Position numbers and translations under genes: made by a program | Shown: positions 47,935-57,658 of the stretch, in pieces | Position numbering within the stretch: the first letter of the stretch is position 1 | Layout of the letters: each line of letters begins with the position of its first letter | Notes under the pieces: model-generated | What the model was told of the DNA's origin: nothing | The model's database searches: none | The model's input: only the letters and a program-made list of their open reading frames with translations | Source of the DNA: Armatimonadota bacterium | GTDB lineage: Bacteria > Armatimonadota > Fimbriimonadia > Fimbriimonadales > Fimbriimonadaceae | Length of the DNA: 63,955 nt | NCBI GenBank assembly: GCA_031400935.1 | Contig: JANNQV010000034.1 | Span: 1-63,955 of the forward strand | Direction: 5' to 3'

Positions 47935-49581
47935 ATGAAACTCACAAATCAAGAAGTACGTTCGAGCATCTTTCGAACGCTTACAATTCTAGCTGCTTGC
48001 ACGCTCTTTGCTTCTGCTTTTGGTATCAGCCGCTACTCGTTTCGAGCACTGCAACATTCCGGATTTGGTGGCGCTGTATTAGGCATCTGGGGCGATTCGT
48101 CAACCTGCGGAGTAGACGACAACGTATTGGGAAACACACAAGCCTGCGTCTGGCGATCATCCAACAACTGGGAGTTAGAACTTCTGCCTGCCGCTCCAGG
48201 AACCAACAGCGCGGCGAATGCTGTTTGCAACGATGGCAGCCCAGCAGTATTCTATGTTGTCGGCAGTTCTGAAACTCCAAGCGGAGTCATGAAACCGGTC
48301 TATTGGACCGAGGACTTGCCTGGCGTATTCACGGTCCACCTCCTCCCGACTCTTGGCGGAGCAAGAGGCGAAGTCCGAGGAGTTTATGGAGTAAGGAGAA
48401 ACGGTAATCAAGTTTGGTTCCTAATCGGCGGGTCACAAACCAGCTCCGGAGAAATGCACGCCACACTTTGGCGAGACGCAAACCAAGATGGCCAGTTTTC
48501 AACTGAGGAAATGATAGATCTCGGGACTCTGGGAGGACCCAACAGCGAAGTTCTGGCGGCGAGAGCCTGGGATGGCGACTACGGATTTGACGGTGTTGGC
48601 ATCGTCGGAAGAGCGCAGACTCCATCAGGCCAATGGCATGCAGTCAACTGGGCCGAGGGTCCATTTGGAACATTCAATATTGTTGACCGCTATCCATTTG
48701 GCGTTACCAGCACCTTCACACAGCTCGGCGGCTTCGATACTCACCGCGTCGCCTGCGGCGCAACTCTCACGGCAAACAGTAGTTCAATTGCCTTCAAGGA
48801 AGCTTGGGCAGAGTTTATGCCAATACCGCTAGCAGTTCCGGGATTCCATAACACGACCGCCAGCGCCTGTAACGGGACACCGTATGGTGACGTTACGGTC
48901 GGCTCTGCTTGGAACGAAACAACAAGCCCATTGACAATTGCCTGGAACACCATTGACGCGCTGTCTCGGACAAGACCCTATCCGCTTTCCTTGATGTTTG
49001 ATGGTTTTGAACAAGGATCGAAATTTACAGTTCAGGACATTGGTCGAGGAGCTATGGTTGGGTCGAATAAACCAACTGGAATGGAATTTGACGCCCCAAT
49101 GGCATTGGTGGCTGATGGAACACAACTCCCTGACATCGTGAAAATCACCAAGGGACGTCCGGAAGCAAAGTATAACGAGACCGATCTCTGGCACGCAAGC
49201 GATGGGAAGACAATACGTATCGATTCTTCCAATAGAACGGGCCAGAGCATAATCTCTCTGGACCTAAGTTTTCACGAGGACGAGAACGCAGACGGCGACT
49301 TCGATGATCCAGGCGAAGGTCGGTTTCGAACACGTATCATCGGCAACGCCAATGCCTCGGCGCAGGTGGATTTGCAAGTGTTTAACTTTGGTTCCAGTAC
49401 TTGGGACACGATAGGAACCCGCACAGCTTGCCTGTGGTTCTGCGATTATGTTGACTACATAACGACGCCAGGCCATGTTAACCCGATAACTGGCGAAGTC
49501 CGCGTCCGTGCGACCTTCACTCCGCTAACGGGCAGCGTCAAAAGCGTAGAGATTGATCAATTAGTGATTGGAACGAATTGA
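47935..49581 (+). CDS. Secreted HAF-repeat-like protein with beta-sandwich C-terminal domain
   Basis: Signal peptide; 'LPTLGG', 'IDLGTLGGPNS', 'HA.LW' repeats; Asp-rich DxNxDG loops. Confidence 0.7.
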   Translation: MKLTNQEVRSSIFRTLTILAACTLFASAFGISRYSFRALQHSGFGGAVLGIWGDSSTCGVDDNVLGNTQACVWRSSNNWELELLPAAPGTNSAANAVCNDGSPAVFYVVGSSETPSGVMKPVYWTEDLPGVFTVHLLPTLGGARGEVRGVYGVRRNGNQVWFLIGGSQTSSGEMHATLWRDANQDGQFSTEEMIDLGTLGGPNSEVLAARAWDGDYGFDGVGIVGRAQTPSGQWHAVNWAEGPFGTFNIVDRYPFGVTSTFTQLGGFDTHRVACGATLTANSSSIAFKEAWAEFMPIPLAVPGFHNTTASACNGTPYGDVTVGSAWNETTSPLTIAWNTIDALSRTRPYPLSLMFDGFEQGSKFTVQDIGRGAMVGSNKPTGMEFDAPMALVADGTQLPDIVKITKGRPEAKYNETDLWHASDGKTIRIDSSNRTGQSIISLDLSFHEDENADGDFDDPGEGRFRTRIIGNANASAQVDLQVFNFGSSTWDTIGTRTACLWFCDYVDYITTPGHVNPITGEVRVRATFTPLTGSVKSVEIDQLVIGTN

Positions 49582-49821
49582 CGGCGAACCTACCCACTTC
49601 AGTTGCAAAGGTCAAAGCAAATCTTCTTGACCTTTGGATCGCCTTGCGGGCAAGTGGACATGGAAACAAATCATTCATTGCATCATCGTTCAAGCATAAT
49701 TGGAAAATTGAATTAGCAATGAGACGACGAAAATTTTTTCGATCTCTTGAGCGGAGCTTGAGCGTTGCATGCGTTCCCACCTCCCCCGGAAAACCCAAAT
49801 TGGAGTACGATAAGGATACAT

Positions 49822-50187
49822 ATGGCACTACCTCCACATATTCCGCTTGCCGTTCGGATATTCCCTCACCTGGCTGAGTGCGCCAGCGAAGGTAAAAGAA
49901 CGAACGTAGACCAGCTTAGCCAGTTTGTAAATGGCGAAACTCGCCTTTTCAACAAATCGCTCGCCTGGATTCGAGACTACCTTTGCGTTGAGCACAATCT
50001 GCCGCTCATCACGGTCATCGTGCAGAACAATGGCAAAGACACAACTTCGAACAGCTTTGCGCCGGCACAGCTTACGGCTTTGAACAAAGAGCAGTACGAT
50101 CAGCTTCGGACTGAGACCTTGGAAAAGGTTTACGCGTATCCGCGCTGGATTCCTGTTTCTGAAGCTCTCAAACGAATGTTTGAGTAG
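49822..50187 (+). CDS. Hypothetical protein (possible winged-helix)
   Basis: RBS AAGGA before ATG 49822; 'L..I..Y.C..HNLP.ITVIV' and 'E..KVY.Y..W' pattern. Confidence 0.6.
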   Translation: MALPPHIPLAVRIFPHLAECASEGKRTNVDQLSQFVNGETRLFNKSLAWIRDYLCVEHNLPLITVIVQNNGKDTTSNSFAPAQLTALNKEQYDQLRTETLEKVYAYPRWIPVSEALKRMFE

Positions 50188-50227
50188 GTTTTGTTCAGGA
50201 TGATCTTTTCGGAGGAAAAGAGCCTAG

Positions 50228-50512
50228 ATGGACAAAAAACCATGGTTCATTCCCGATCTTGAGGCCAATTCATCCACCATTATTGTCGGCGGCGAAAGGC
50301 ACATCGTAAAGCTCATTGACGCCAACTTGCGTCGTCAGGGTCATACATTTTCTTTAGCGACAAATCGAGTTGATGCCTTAAAATCATTGGATTCAGGTCA
50401 CTATCAACTCTGCATCCTTGCAGGTGACCTATTCGATAGCATTGCCGACGATTTTGAATCTGAGATTCGAAGGAATCCTGAATTTGATTCACTTCAAGTT
50501 CTAAGGCTTTAG
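50228..50512 (+). CDS. Truncated, degenerate receiver-domain-like protein
   Basis: RBS GGAGG; 'ERHIVKLIDANL.RQG......N..DAL' resembles the N-half of a REC domain but lacks the acidic residues and C-terminal Lys. Confidence 0.5.
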   Translation: MDKKPWFIPDLEANSSTIIVGGERHIVKLIDANLRRQGHTFSLATNRVDALKSLDSGHYQLCILAGDLFDSIADDFESEIRRNPEFDSLQVLRL

Positions 50513-50576
50513 TATTCCGGAACCCATTTTTCTGAAAACGGGGTAAACATCTGTTAGAGCAAGAAGGCATTAGAAC

Positions 50577-51176
50577 ATGGAACCAACTGGAATTTCCCCT
50601 ATACCAACCAAATCAAACAACACCGCGCTTTGGGTCATATTAGCGATTTGTGTCGGCGGTTTATGTATCGTCGTGCCGATTCTAGCCGCCATTCTGCTTC
50701 CAGTTTTCGCACAAGCAAAACTGGCGGCCAAACAAACTGCAACGGTTGCCAACGCAAAGCAGCACGCCTTCGGGCTGATTATGTATACCGCTGATTGGGA
50801 TGACAAGATGCCTCATGACAACTGGTGTGATTCGACAAGTCAGTACATCAAGCACGAAAATGCTTTTGCGTCCAAAATTGAGCAAAGGGGCGAAGAGACC
50901 CGCTACGACTTTGCATTGACGGCGACATTGTTAGGCAAATCTGTGAGAGATGTTGAGGATATTCGAATCTCAATCATGACTTTTGAATCCAAGAACAACG
51001 AGAAGAACCAAGTCGGCGGTCCAGAGCTACTGCCGATGCCTGGTCGGTATAGGGTGTCCGGCACTAACAGCAAGGGTAGCTGCACCTCATTCGTTGACGG
51101 CCATGTGAAGATAATTCGTGACGACCAGTTTCCAGATGGGTTAGATGATAGGGGAATGTTCCGAGTTCGTCCGTGA
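50577..51176 (+). CDS. Pilin-like DUF1559-type membrane protein lacking the class III cleavage motif
   Basis: 'ILAAILLPVFAQAKLAAK...N.KQ.......Y..DWD..P' and terminal 'FVDGHVK'; no G|FTLIE. Confidence 0.75.
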   Translation: MEPTGISPIPTKSNNTALWVILAICVGGLCIVVPILAAILLPVFAQAKLAAKQTATVANAKQHAFGLIMYTADWDDKMPHDNWCDSTSQYIKHENAFASKIEQRGEETRYDFALTATLLGKSVRDVEDIRISIMTFESKNNEKNQVGGPELLPMPGRYRVSGTNSKGSCTSFVDGHVKIIRDDQFPDGLDDRGMFRVRP

Positions 51177-51184
51177 GCCTCGCC

Positions 51185-51232
51185 TGACAGGATAAATCCT
51201 ATTCTATGGGTGACAGGATTAATCCTGTCCTA
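51185..51232. repeat. Tandem pair of 22-nt palindromic units (REP-like; possible bidirectional terminator)
   Basis: tgacaggataaatcctattcta / tgacaggattaatcctgtccta; the second unit contains the perfect palindrome GACAGGATTAATCCTGTC. Confidence 0.75.
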
Positions 51233-52534
51233 CAATGGTTTCGTCAAATCGCTATACCGGAGCATTGCCGTCCAAACTGAAGTCTTTCCCTCATCCATTC
51301 GCGTCCAAATCGGGGCGATGATTCCCTTATGAGCCGAAATGTTGTTGTAATCTCCAAAGAACTGGCCTGAAGTCGGCAAGAAAGGCGATTCGCTGATCTT
51401 TCTTTCTGTAAATGAAGTGCCGCCATCTACGGAAAAAGCTACGTAAACATCTGTTTTGTTATCGTCGTAGGCTCGGCGATCGTAATAAACAGCATAGACA
51501 TGGCCCGAGCTTTGGTCAATAGCAAGCCAAGGCAAGAACTGCTGCTTTCCTGCCGGGTCCTGGTTGATTCGCAATGGCTTCGTCCAAGTGTCTCCCTTAT
51601 CAGTCGACTTAATCAAGAAGATGTCGGTGTCATTGGTGCCGTTTCGCTGGTCGGCAAACAGAACATAGAGGTGCCCATTGAACCTGCCTGGGCTGTTATC
51701 CACCATCAAAACAGGCATTCCATTGCTTCTGTTGATTCCAGGAATCGTCATTTCCCATCCATCGTGTTGCTTTGAAATTTCAAGGTCTTTTTTCAGCCAA
51801 GTTTTGCCGCCATCTATTGAGCGGTCAAACCAAAGCATCTCGGCATTGGACCAGCAAACAAAGATGTTCCCCGCTGAATCTATGGCGGGAACTGCACCTT
51901 CGGTTGTGTTATCTCCGTCAAGGCAGTCACCAGAAACATCATTGATCTTAAATGCCTTTGACCAGGTCTCTCCAGCATCTTCAGATTGGCTGAACATGAT
52001 ATTGGATCGCTTGAGCGGATCCCTCGAACCGTAAGTGTCGAATTGGGTCCAAGTGCATACAAGCGTTGGCTTTGTTGGGTGGGCTGCAGCCCATTGCTTG
52101 TCCTGATCTGCCGGGTGATTTTCACCAATGGATGCGCCTCTTGACCATGTCCTTCCGCCATCCAAAGATTTCTGGCAGACGATTCTGTCAATCCAACGTT
52201 CACCTCCGCCATTTGATAGATGAAAGAAATAAAAGTTGCCCTTTGAATCGGATATAAGGGTCGGATCGCCATGAACTCCAAACGGCGAAGTAAGTTTCGT
52301 TTCTTCCCAGGTTACGCCCCAATCGCTCGTGAAAATTGCCTTGTCGAGAATGACTCCTGCAACGACAACTTTTGGATTTGCTTGGCTGATCGCAATGCTA
52401 GGCTCACAAGGCGCCATGCCTCCCCCTCCCATGGGAGAGATTTTCAAGTTTTTGAAGGACACTGGTGCTTGAGCCAGGGTAGAAGACGAGGGCAGAAAAG
52501 CGATCGCTAAATTGAGAAATGGTGCGATAAACAT
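51230..52534 (-). CDS. Secreted BNR/Asp-box (sialidase-like) beta-propeller protein
   Basis: Multiple S.D.G.TW Asp-boxes, 'EPSIA', 'F.GDY..I'. Confidence 0.85.
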   Translation of the reverse strand: MFIAPFLNLAIAFLPSSSTLAQAPVSFKNLKISPMGGGGMAPCEPSIAISQANPKVVVAGVILDKAIFTSDWGVTWEETKLTSPFGVHGDPTLISDSKGNFYFFHLSNGGGERWIDRIVCQKSLDGGRTWSRGASIGENHPADQDKQWAAAHPTKPTLVCTWTQFDTYGSRDPLKRSNIMFSQSEDAGETWSKAFKINDVSGDCLDGDNTTEGAVPAIDSAGNIFVCWSNAEMLWFDRSIDGGKTWLKKDLEISKQHDGWEMTIPGINRSNGMPVLMVDNSPGRFNGHLYVLFADQRNGTNDTDIFLIKSTDKGDTWTKPLRINQDPAGKQQFLPWLAIDQSSGHVYAVYYDRRAYDDNKTDVYVAFSVDGGTSFTERKISESPFLPTSGQFFGDYNNISAHKGIIAPIWTRMDEGKTSVWTAMLRYSDLTKPL

Positions 52535-52619
52535 ACTCCGTAGAGACTACCGTCAAAGAAACGAGACAAAGTATTCGAAATTCGCCTTCATCACATTAAA
52601 TCGTAACATTTCGTTAGTC

Positions 52620-53990
52620 ATGTTAAGGTTGAATATAAGCGTGAAGCGCCCGAAATCCATCATCTCCGCCACGACTCTCTTGCCTATTCTTTTTGGCGTG
52701 TTCACGAATGATGCAAGGTCACAGTCGAATGTCGGTATAGCTTCACCTACTTCGCTTGCAAACGAGCTTTCTACCCTCAAGTCTCGTTCTGCCGAAGTTG
52801 CGAAGGCAATGGGCGCGCTAACCGCTGCTTCCAACGGCGAACTCAGCCAAGACGTTTTGGCGCAAATTCAAAGGTGCCTTGACGAATTAAAGGACATTCG
52901 AATCCGGGTTGACAACATTGAGAAATGGATTGCTTCAAACGGAAAAACGCCGCCAGCACCGCCAGCAGCTGATCCCAAAGCTCCAAAATTCGGGCTGTAT
53001 ATTCAATCTCAATACCGCGACACGAACAAAGTCGGAGGAAGCAACGACGCCTTCTCGCTTCGCCGTGTTCGGCTTGGCGCGACGATGCCGATTGACGAGA
53101 AGCTCTCTATCCGTATTAGCGCCGATATTGCTTCTGGAACGACGACCAACACAGCTCTGTTAAAGGACGCATTTGCGAAATACGAATTTGGCAAGCCAAA
53201 TGGAAAAGCACTCAATGATGTTCAATTTGGCCAAATGAATATGCCACTAGGTTTTGAGATCGAACGTTCCTCAGCGGATCGAGAATTTCCAGAACGCGTA
53301 GCCTACAATCGCACTTATTGGTCCGGTGAGAGATCGAGAGGTATTAACGCTCACTTTGCGGTGAACTCCAAAACCCAGGCTCAAATCGGTGCCTGGAATG
53401 TCTTGAGTCAGGGTGACCCAGAACAATCTACGATTGCCCCAGGCCCAGAAAACCGTCTAGGAATGTCAGCGGGAATTCGTCACTATGCCAAAGACTTTCA
53501 AGTTGGTCTTTCAGGTTTTGTAGGAGAACGGCCCTCGATTTCTACAACCTACGTGGATGGCGGCACGATCACGGTGAACCATCCGCGAGTGGAGCGTGAG
53601 TTCATTTATGCCGATTTGTACGTGCCAAGTTTGTTCCGAACCAAGGCTTTCTTAAGAGGAGAAGCGATGTGGGGGCAAGATCGCATACCGCTAGCTCCAG
53701 GTGCAAACCAATCGGTGCAGGCACCTCGACTTGCAAACAAGGTGAGTGGTGGCCAAGTTCAACTTGGATACCAATTAGATCCAAAGAACCAAATGAACAT
53801 CCGTTGGGATCAGTTAGATCCGAATACTTCGTTTGCTAACGATGTTCAGACTACATGGGGATTTGCGTTCGCGCACTACCTTCATGCCAATGCACGGGTC
53901 ACACTGGCTCATGAAATCACTACAGACAATGCTATTTCAGTTCAAAAGAAGTATCAGGCGACGACCCTAAGGGTGACGTTTAAGTTCTAA
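52620..53990 (+). CDS. Outer-membrane porin (OprO/P-like) with N-terminal coiled coil
   Basis: 'F.LRRVRL', 'LKDAF', 'GQ...P.GFE...SS....FPER', terminal Phe; start uncertain. Confidence 0.75.
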   Translation: MLRLNISVKRPKSIISATTLLPILFGVFTNDARSQSNVGIASPTSLANELSTLKSRSAEVAKAMGALTAASNGELSQDVLAQIQRCLDELKDIRIRVDNIEKWIASNGKTPPAPPAADPKAPKFGLYIQSQYRDTNKVGGSNDAFSLRRVRLGATMPIDEKLSIRISADIASGTTTNTALLKDAFAKYEFGKPNGKALNDVQFGQMNMPLGFEIERSSADREFPERVAYNRTYWSGERSRGINAHFAVNSKTQAQIGAWNVLSQGDPEQSTIAPGPENRLGMSAGIRHYAKDFQVGLSGFVGERPSISTTYVDGGTITVNHPRVEREFIYADLYVPSLFRTKAFLRGEAMWGQDRIPLAPGANQSVQAPRLANKVSGGQVQLGYQLDPKNQMNIRWDQLDPNTSFANDVQTTWGFAFAHYLHANARVTLAHEITTDNAISVQKKYQATTLRVTFKF

Positions 53991-53994
53991 CTTC

Positions 53995-54205
53995 TTTGTT
54001 CGGATTCGTTCGGTTTGGTTCGGGGGTTCGGGTTTGCGCGAGCTCGTTAGGAAGCGTTTGAAATACTGAAATATCCATGGCGAGTCTTCAATTGACCAAA
54101 GATTCGAAAATCCGTACCTAATCAGATGGGCTCAGGGCGGCACCGAACAAGTCCGAACCAACCCAAGCTAATCCGTCGAATCCGAACAAAATCACACAAC
54201 CCGAA
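53995..54205. repeat. Second composite ~10-mer GTTCGG/CCGAAC inverted-arm element
   Basis: 53998-54036 equals the reverse complement of 4869-4907 at 37/39 nt; right arm ccgaacaagtccgaaccaacc...tccgaacaa. Confidence 0.85.
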
Positions 54206-54241
54206 TCTTGCTTCTGTGCCGCACCGTTGCCTCAAACAATG

Positions 54242-55441
54242 CTACGGAGTAATGAGAAAATTTACTCGATTTTGTTCCATCATTGGCTGTTTTTTGCCAT
54301 CAAGAATCGCATATCCGTGTAATGATGGAGACATACCGTTACCTCGAAAGCTGACACGGATTCCCATTGAAACGTTTACGCTTCCACCCGATTTGTAGAG
54401 GCCATTTGCAAGATCGTTTTTTAGATTTGGAAACTTGGATGCTAGGCTGTCGTACGGAACCTTGCCAGAATCAACGAAATTCTCAAATGGCAATTCTGTT
54501 CCTTCCAGTTTGGAGCCATTCTCTGCGATTTTGCTGGCAAATCTATCCTTCAATGCCTCCCAGCGATTCTTCCTCGTCCACTTCTGTGGCTCTGGCCTTA
54601 TTGCTGAAAGTAATGCCTTGAGAACCTCTGCACACTCTTCTTTTGAAAAGTGCCCTTGAACGAAAATCAACTCGTCCAACAACTTTCCATCGGCGTAAAA
54701 GGTCTCCTTCCATTTAGATTGAAATTCCGTCAATAGCTCGAAGACGGTCATCACTTTCCCAGGCTGGAACTCAATTCCGCCTGTTCTCAAAAATTCCGGT
54801 TCAGCATCTGTGGGTTTGAGCGGGCGTTTTTTAGAACTGACCGAGTTTCCATGCCCAATGGTCTCAGAACCTCCAATCGGCGTAAAATATGTGTACTCGG
54901 ATGTATCAATCCTGGCAACAGGTGCTAAACCAACTTTTATCTCTAGGGATTCGCCATTCATAATTGCATTCATTAGGCCTTGATTAAGCCCTGCCAGTTT
55001 TCCGAGTTTATTTTGAGCCGATTCGTCTAGGTCCCAGAATGACATTCCCTCACCTAGGGCTTTGATCGTTGATGGATCCAGACTCATCAGCATATCCGTT
55101 AGCGAGCCAGATGTCGTTGTGCCAAATTCGGACTCCGGGGGCTGCGCTCTTACTAGGCATGTAGTTTCTCCAAACTCCTTCCTAGTTCGCTGGAGCACCC
55201 AACTCAATAGTTTTGCTCGCTCTTTAGAAGTGGTGTCCCTAGGAGACTTCAATTCTGGAATCGTATCGGTTAAGAGCAGCTCAATGACTATCGGCCGCTT
55301 GTGATCTGCCAATGTTGCGCGTAAGTTTGTTTCCCATTTTGCTTGTTTCTCAGCTCCATTATTGGGCAATTGAGAAACAGGTGATGAAGAGTTAACTTGG
55401 TGATTTCCCAAGGCTAAAAGGACGATAAAGGCTGATATCAT
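54242..55441 (-). CDS. Secreted hypothetical protein
   Basis: ATG overlaps the upstream stop (TAATG), RBS GGAGG; hydrophobic N-terminus; 399 aa; no recognisable family. Confidence 0.65.
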   Translation of the reverse strand: MISAFIVLLALGNHQVNSSSPVSQLPNNGAEKQAKWETNLRATLADHKRPIVIELLLTDTIPELKSPRDTTSKERAKLLSWVLQRTRKEFGETTCLVRAQPPESEFGTTTSGSLTDMLMSLDPSTIKALGEGMSFWDLDESAQNKLGKLAGLNQGLMNAIMNGESLEIKVGLAPVARIDTSEYTYFTPIGGSETIGHGNSVSSKKRPLKPTDAEPEFLRTGGIEFQPGKVMTVFELLTEFQSKWKETFYADGKLLDELIFVQGHFSKEECAEVLKALLSAIRPEPQKWTRKNRWEALKDRFASKIAENGSKLEGTELPFENFVDSGKVPYDSLASKFPNLKNDLANGLYKSGGSVNVSMGIRVSFRGNGMSPSLHGYAILDGKKQPMMEQNRVNFLITP

Positions 55442-55824
55442 TACCCACCTCCTGGAGGGGTTGGAATTGCGGTGCCAAAGCAATCAGTCCAAGTACCATT
55501 AAATGGCTCCGGGCCAGAATAGGGATGAGTCCCCGAACCTGAACCATCTGAGTGCAAATAGAATTCTAAATTCTCGACACAGGTTCCCGAAGGCGGCGTA
55601 TAGCTGATATAATAAGTTGAAGAGCCATAGTAGCTCCATGTGCCTGGGTAACTGCCAGTCCATCCAGTAGGACATCCGCCGCTCGCACTAATTATTCCGA
55701 CGTTTTTGGGAGGGCAGTTACAAACTTTTTGTGTAGAGGTATACACAAGGTAGTGTATTGGAACAGTCGGTCCCTGAAACGAACTCAAGCTAGCGGAGAG
55801 AGAGAGAGAGAGAATTGTAACCAT
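55441..55824 (-). CDS. Small secreted Cys/Gly/Tyr/Pro-rich hypothetical protein
   Basis: 127 aa, 5 Cys; the signal-like N-terminus is encoded by a (TC)9 tract. Confidence 0.6.
   Translation of the reverse strand: MVTILSLSLSASLSSFQGPTVPIHYLVYTSTQKVCNCPPKNVGIISASGGCPTGWTGSYPGTWSYYGSSTYYISYTPPSGTCVENLEFYLHSDGSGSGTHPYSGPEPFNGTWTDCFGTAIPTPPGGG
55796..55813. repeat. (GA)9/(TC)9 dinucleotide simple sequence repeat
   Basis: gagagagagagagagaga beginning at about codon 4 of the 55824 ORF. Confidence 0.95.
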
Positions 55825-55893
55825 ACTTTTGAGTATACAATTAAAACAATCTGTGTCAAGCCGTTATTTGTCTACTATTAGTATTCCCAGAAA

Positions 55894-57513
55894 TCATGCA
55901 ACTTGAATCTTGCTTCGATGCCTTACCGCAGCTTCAACCAGACCAGCAAACAACGGATGCGGGCGATTTGGCCTTGACTTGAATTCAGGGTGTGCCTGAG
56001 TTGCAATGAAAAACGGATGATTCGGCAATTCGATCATCTCAACCAGACGGTAATCAGGCGAAACACCCGAAATCACCATTCCCTTCTCCAGCAAAAGTTC
56101 GCGGTAATCGTTGTTCACTTCGTACCGATGGCGATGGCGCTCATCTGCTCGTGAACTGCCATACAACTTGTGAGCCAATGTCCCCGCAGAGATATTGCAC
56201 GGCCACGACCCAAGCCGCATGGTTGCGCCTTTGTCAGTTACTGTTTTCTGTTCTGGCAATATGTGAACAACAGGAAAACGGGGATTTGGCATAACTTCTT
56301 CGGTGTTCGCGCCTTCCAGGCCGCAAACATTTCTGGCATATTCGATAACTGCCATTTGAAGCCCGTAGCAGATTCCTAAGAACGGCAATCCCGTTTCTCT
56401 TGCAAATTGGATCGCCCGAACTTTGCCTTCAACCCCACGTTCGCCAAAGCCTGGCGCAACGATCAAAGCGTCGTAGCCAACTAAAAATTCTTCCACTGGT
56501 TTGCCGTTTTCAAGCGAATCGCTCTCGATCCAATCAACCTGCACCCTTGCATCACTTGGAATACCAGCATGGATCAGCGACTCGTTGATTGATTTATAAG
56601 CATCGCCGTTGCTCGTATACTTCCCGACTGCAGCAATTCGGCACGTATGAGTTGGGTTTTTGAGAACGCGAACAATGTTTTCCCATTCGGTGATATTTTT
56701 ATCTCTTGATTCCAATCCAAGTCGCTCTACAACAAATTCTCCAAGTCCTAACTCCTCATATTTCAAGGGGACTTCGTAAATGGTTTCGACGTTCAACGAT
56801 TCGACTACAGCGCGGCTCGGCACGTCGCAAAAGAGCGAGATTTTCTCTTTTACGTCTTCAGGGAGGGGGACTTCAGTTCGGCAAACCAAAACATCGGGCG
56901 AAATGCCAATCTCCCTAAGCTTGATAACTGAATGTTGAGTCGGTTTAGTCTTGATTTCATCCCACGGCCCAACGCTAGGAACCAAAGTGACGTGAACATA
57001 GAGCGTGTTTTCCGCTCCAACGTCCTTTCTCATTTGGCGAATGGCTTCTAAGAATGGGAGGGATTCGATGTCTCCAACAGTTCCGCCAATTTCAGCGATC
57101 ACGACATCGGCTTCTTGTTCTTTGGCGATGTTGAAAAGCGATTCTTTGATCTTGTTTGTTACGTGAGGAATGACTTGGACAGTCGCGCCAAGGTAATCGC
57201 CACGCCTTTCCGCCTCGATAACTGCCTGATAAACTTTGCCCGCCGTTACTGATGAGCCGCCCGAGCAGCTAACGTCCATAAACCGCTCGTAATGACCTAA
57301 ATCGAGGTCGGTTTCGGCGCCGTCATCGGTCACAAAGACTTCGCCATGCTGGTAGGGGTTCATCGTTCCCGCATCCACATTAATATATGGATCGAGCTTC
57401 ATCGGAGCGACGGTGAAGCCTCGATTTCGGAGAATTCGGCCAAGGCTTGCGGTAGTGATGCCCTTTCCTATGGAACTGACAACGCCTCCGGTTACAAAAA
57501 TGTACTTGGCCAC
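55894..57513 (-). CDS. pyrG: CTP synthase
   Basis: '[16 protein letters not shown]', 'GICYGLQ', 'RHRHRYE', 'HPEF'; GTG start behind GGAGG. Confidence 0.97.
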   Translation of the reverse strand: MAKYIFVTGGVVSSIGKGITTASLGRILRNRGFTVAPMKLDPYINVDAGTMNPYQHGEVFVTDDGAETDLDLGHYERFMDVSCSGGSSVTAGKVYQAVIEAERRGDYLGATVQVIPHVTNKIKESLFNIAKEQEADVVIAEIGGTVGDIESLPFLEAIRQMRKDVGAENTLYVHVTLVPSVGPWDEIKTKPTQHSVIKLREIGISPDVLVCRTEVPLPEDVKEKISLFCDVPSRAVVESLNVETIYEVPLKYEELGLGEFVVERLGLESRDKNITEWENIVRVLKNPTHTCRIAAVGKYTSNGDAYKSINESLIHAGIPSDARVQVDWIESDSLENGKPVEEFLVGYDALIVAPGFGERGVEGKVRAIQFARETGLPFLGICYGLQMAVIEYARNVCGLEGANTEEVMPNPRFPVVHILPEQKTVTDKGATMRLGSWPCNISAGTLAHKLYGSSRADERHRHRYEVNNDYRELLLEKGMVISGVSPDYRLVEMIELPNHPFFIATQAHPEFKSRPNRPHPLFAGLVEAAVRHRSKIQVA

Positions 57514-57658
57514 GATTTCCTCCGATGCCCCCAACGCAATACGACGCTACCGATTGGCAAAAAGCCGCTCGGCAAAGACCTTGGTGGGGTCTTAGGAAGT
57601 ATACGGCATTTGGTATGGAATTGTGCGTTTTTTTGCGGGTTTTGCTAAAATCTCAAGC

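Noticed and set aside
49578..49877. 99-aa ORF after the HAF-like gene
   Set aside because: TTG start, no recognisable motifs, and overlaps the better-supported ORF at 49822.
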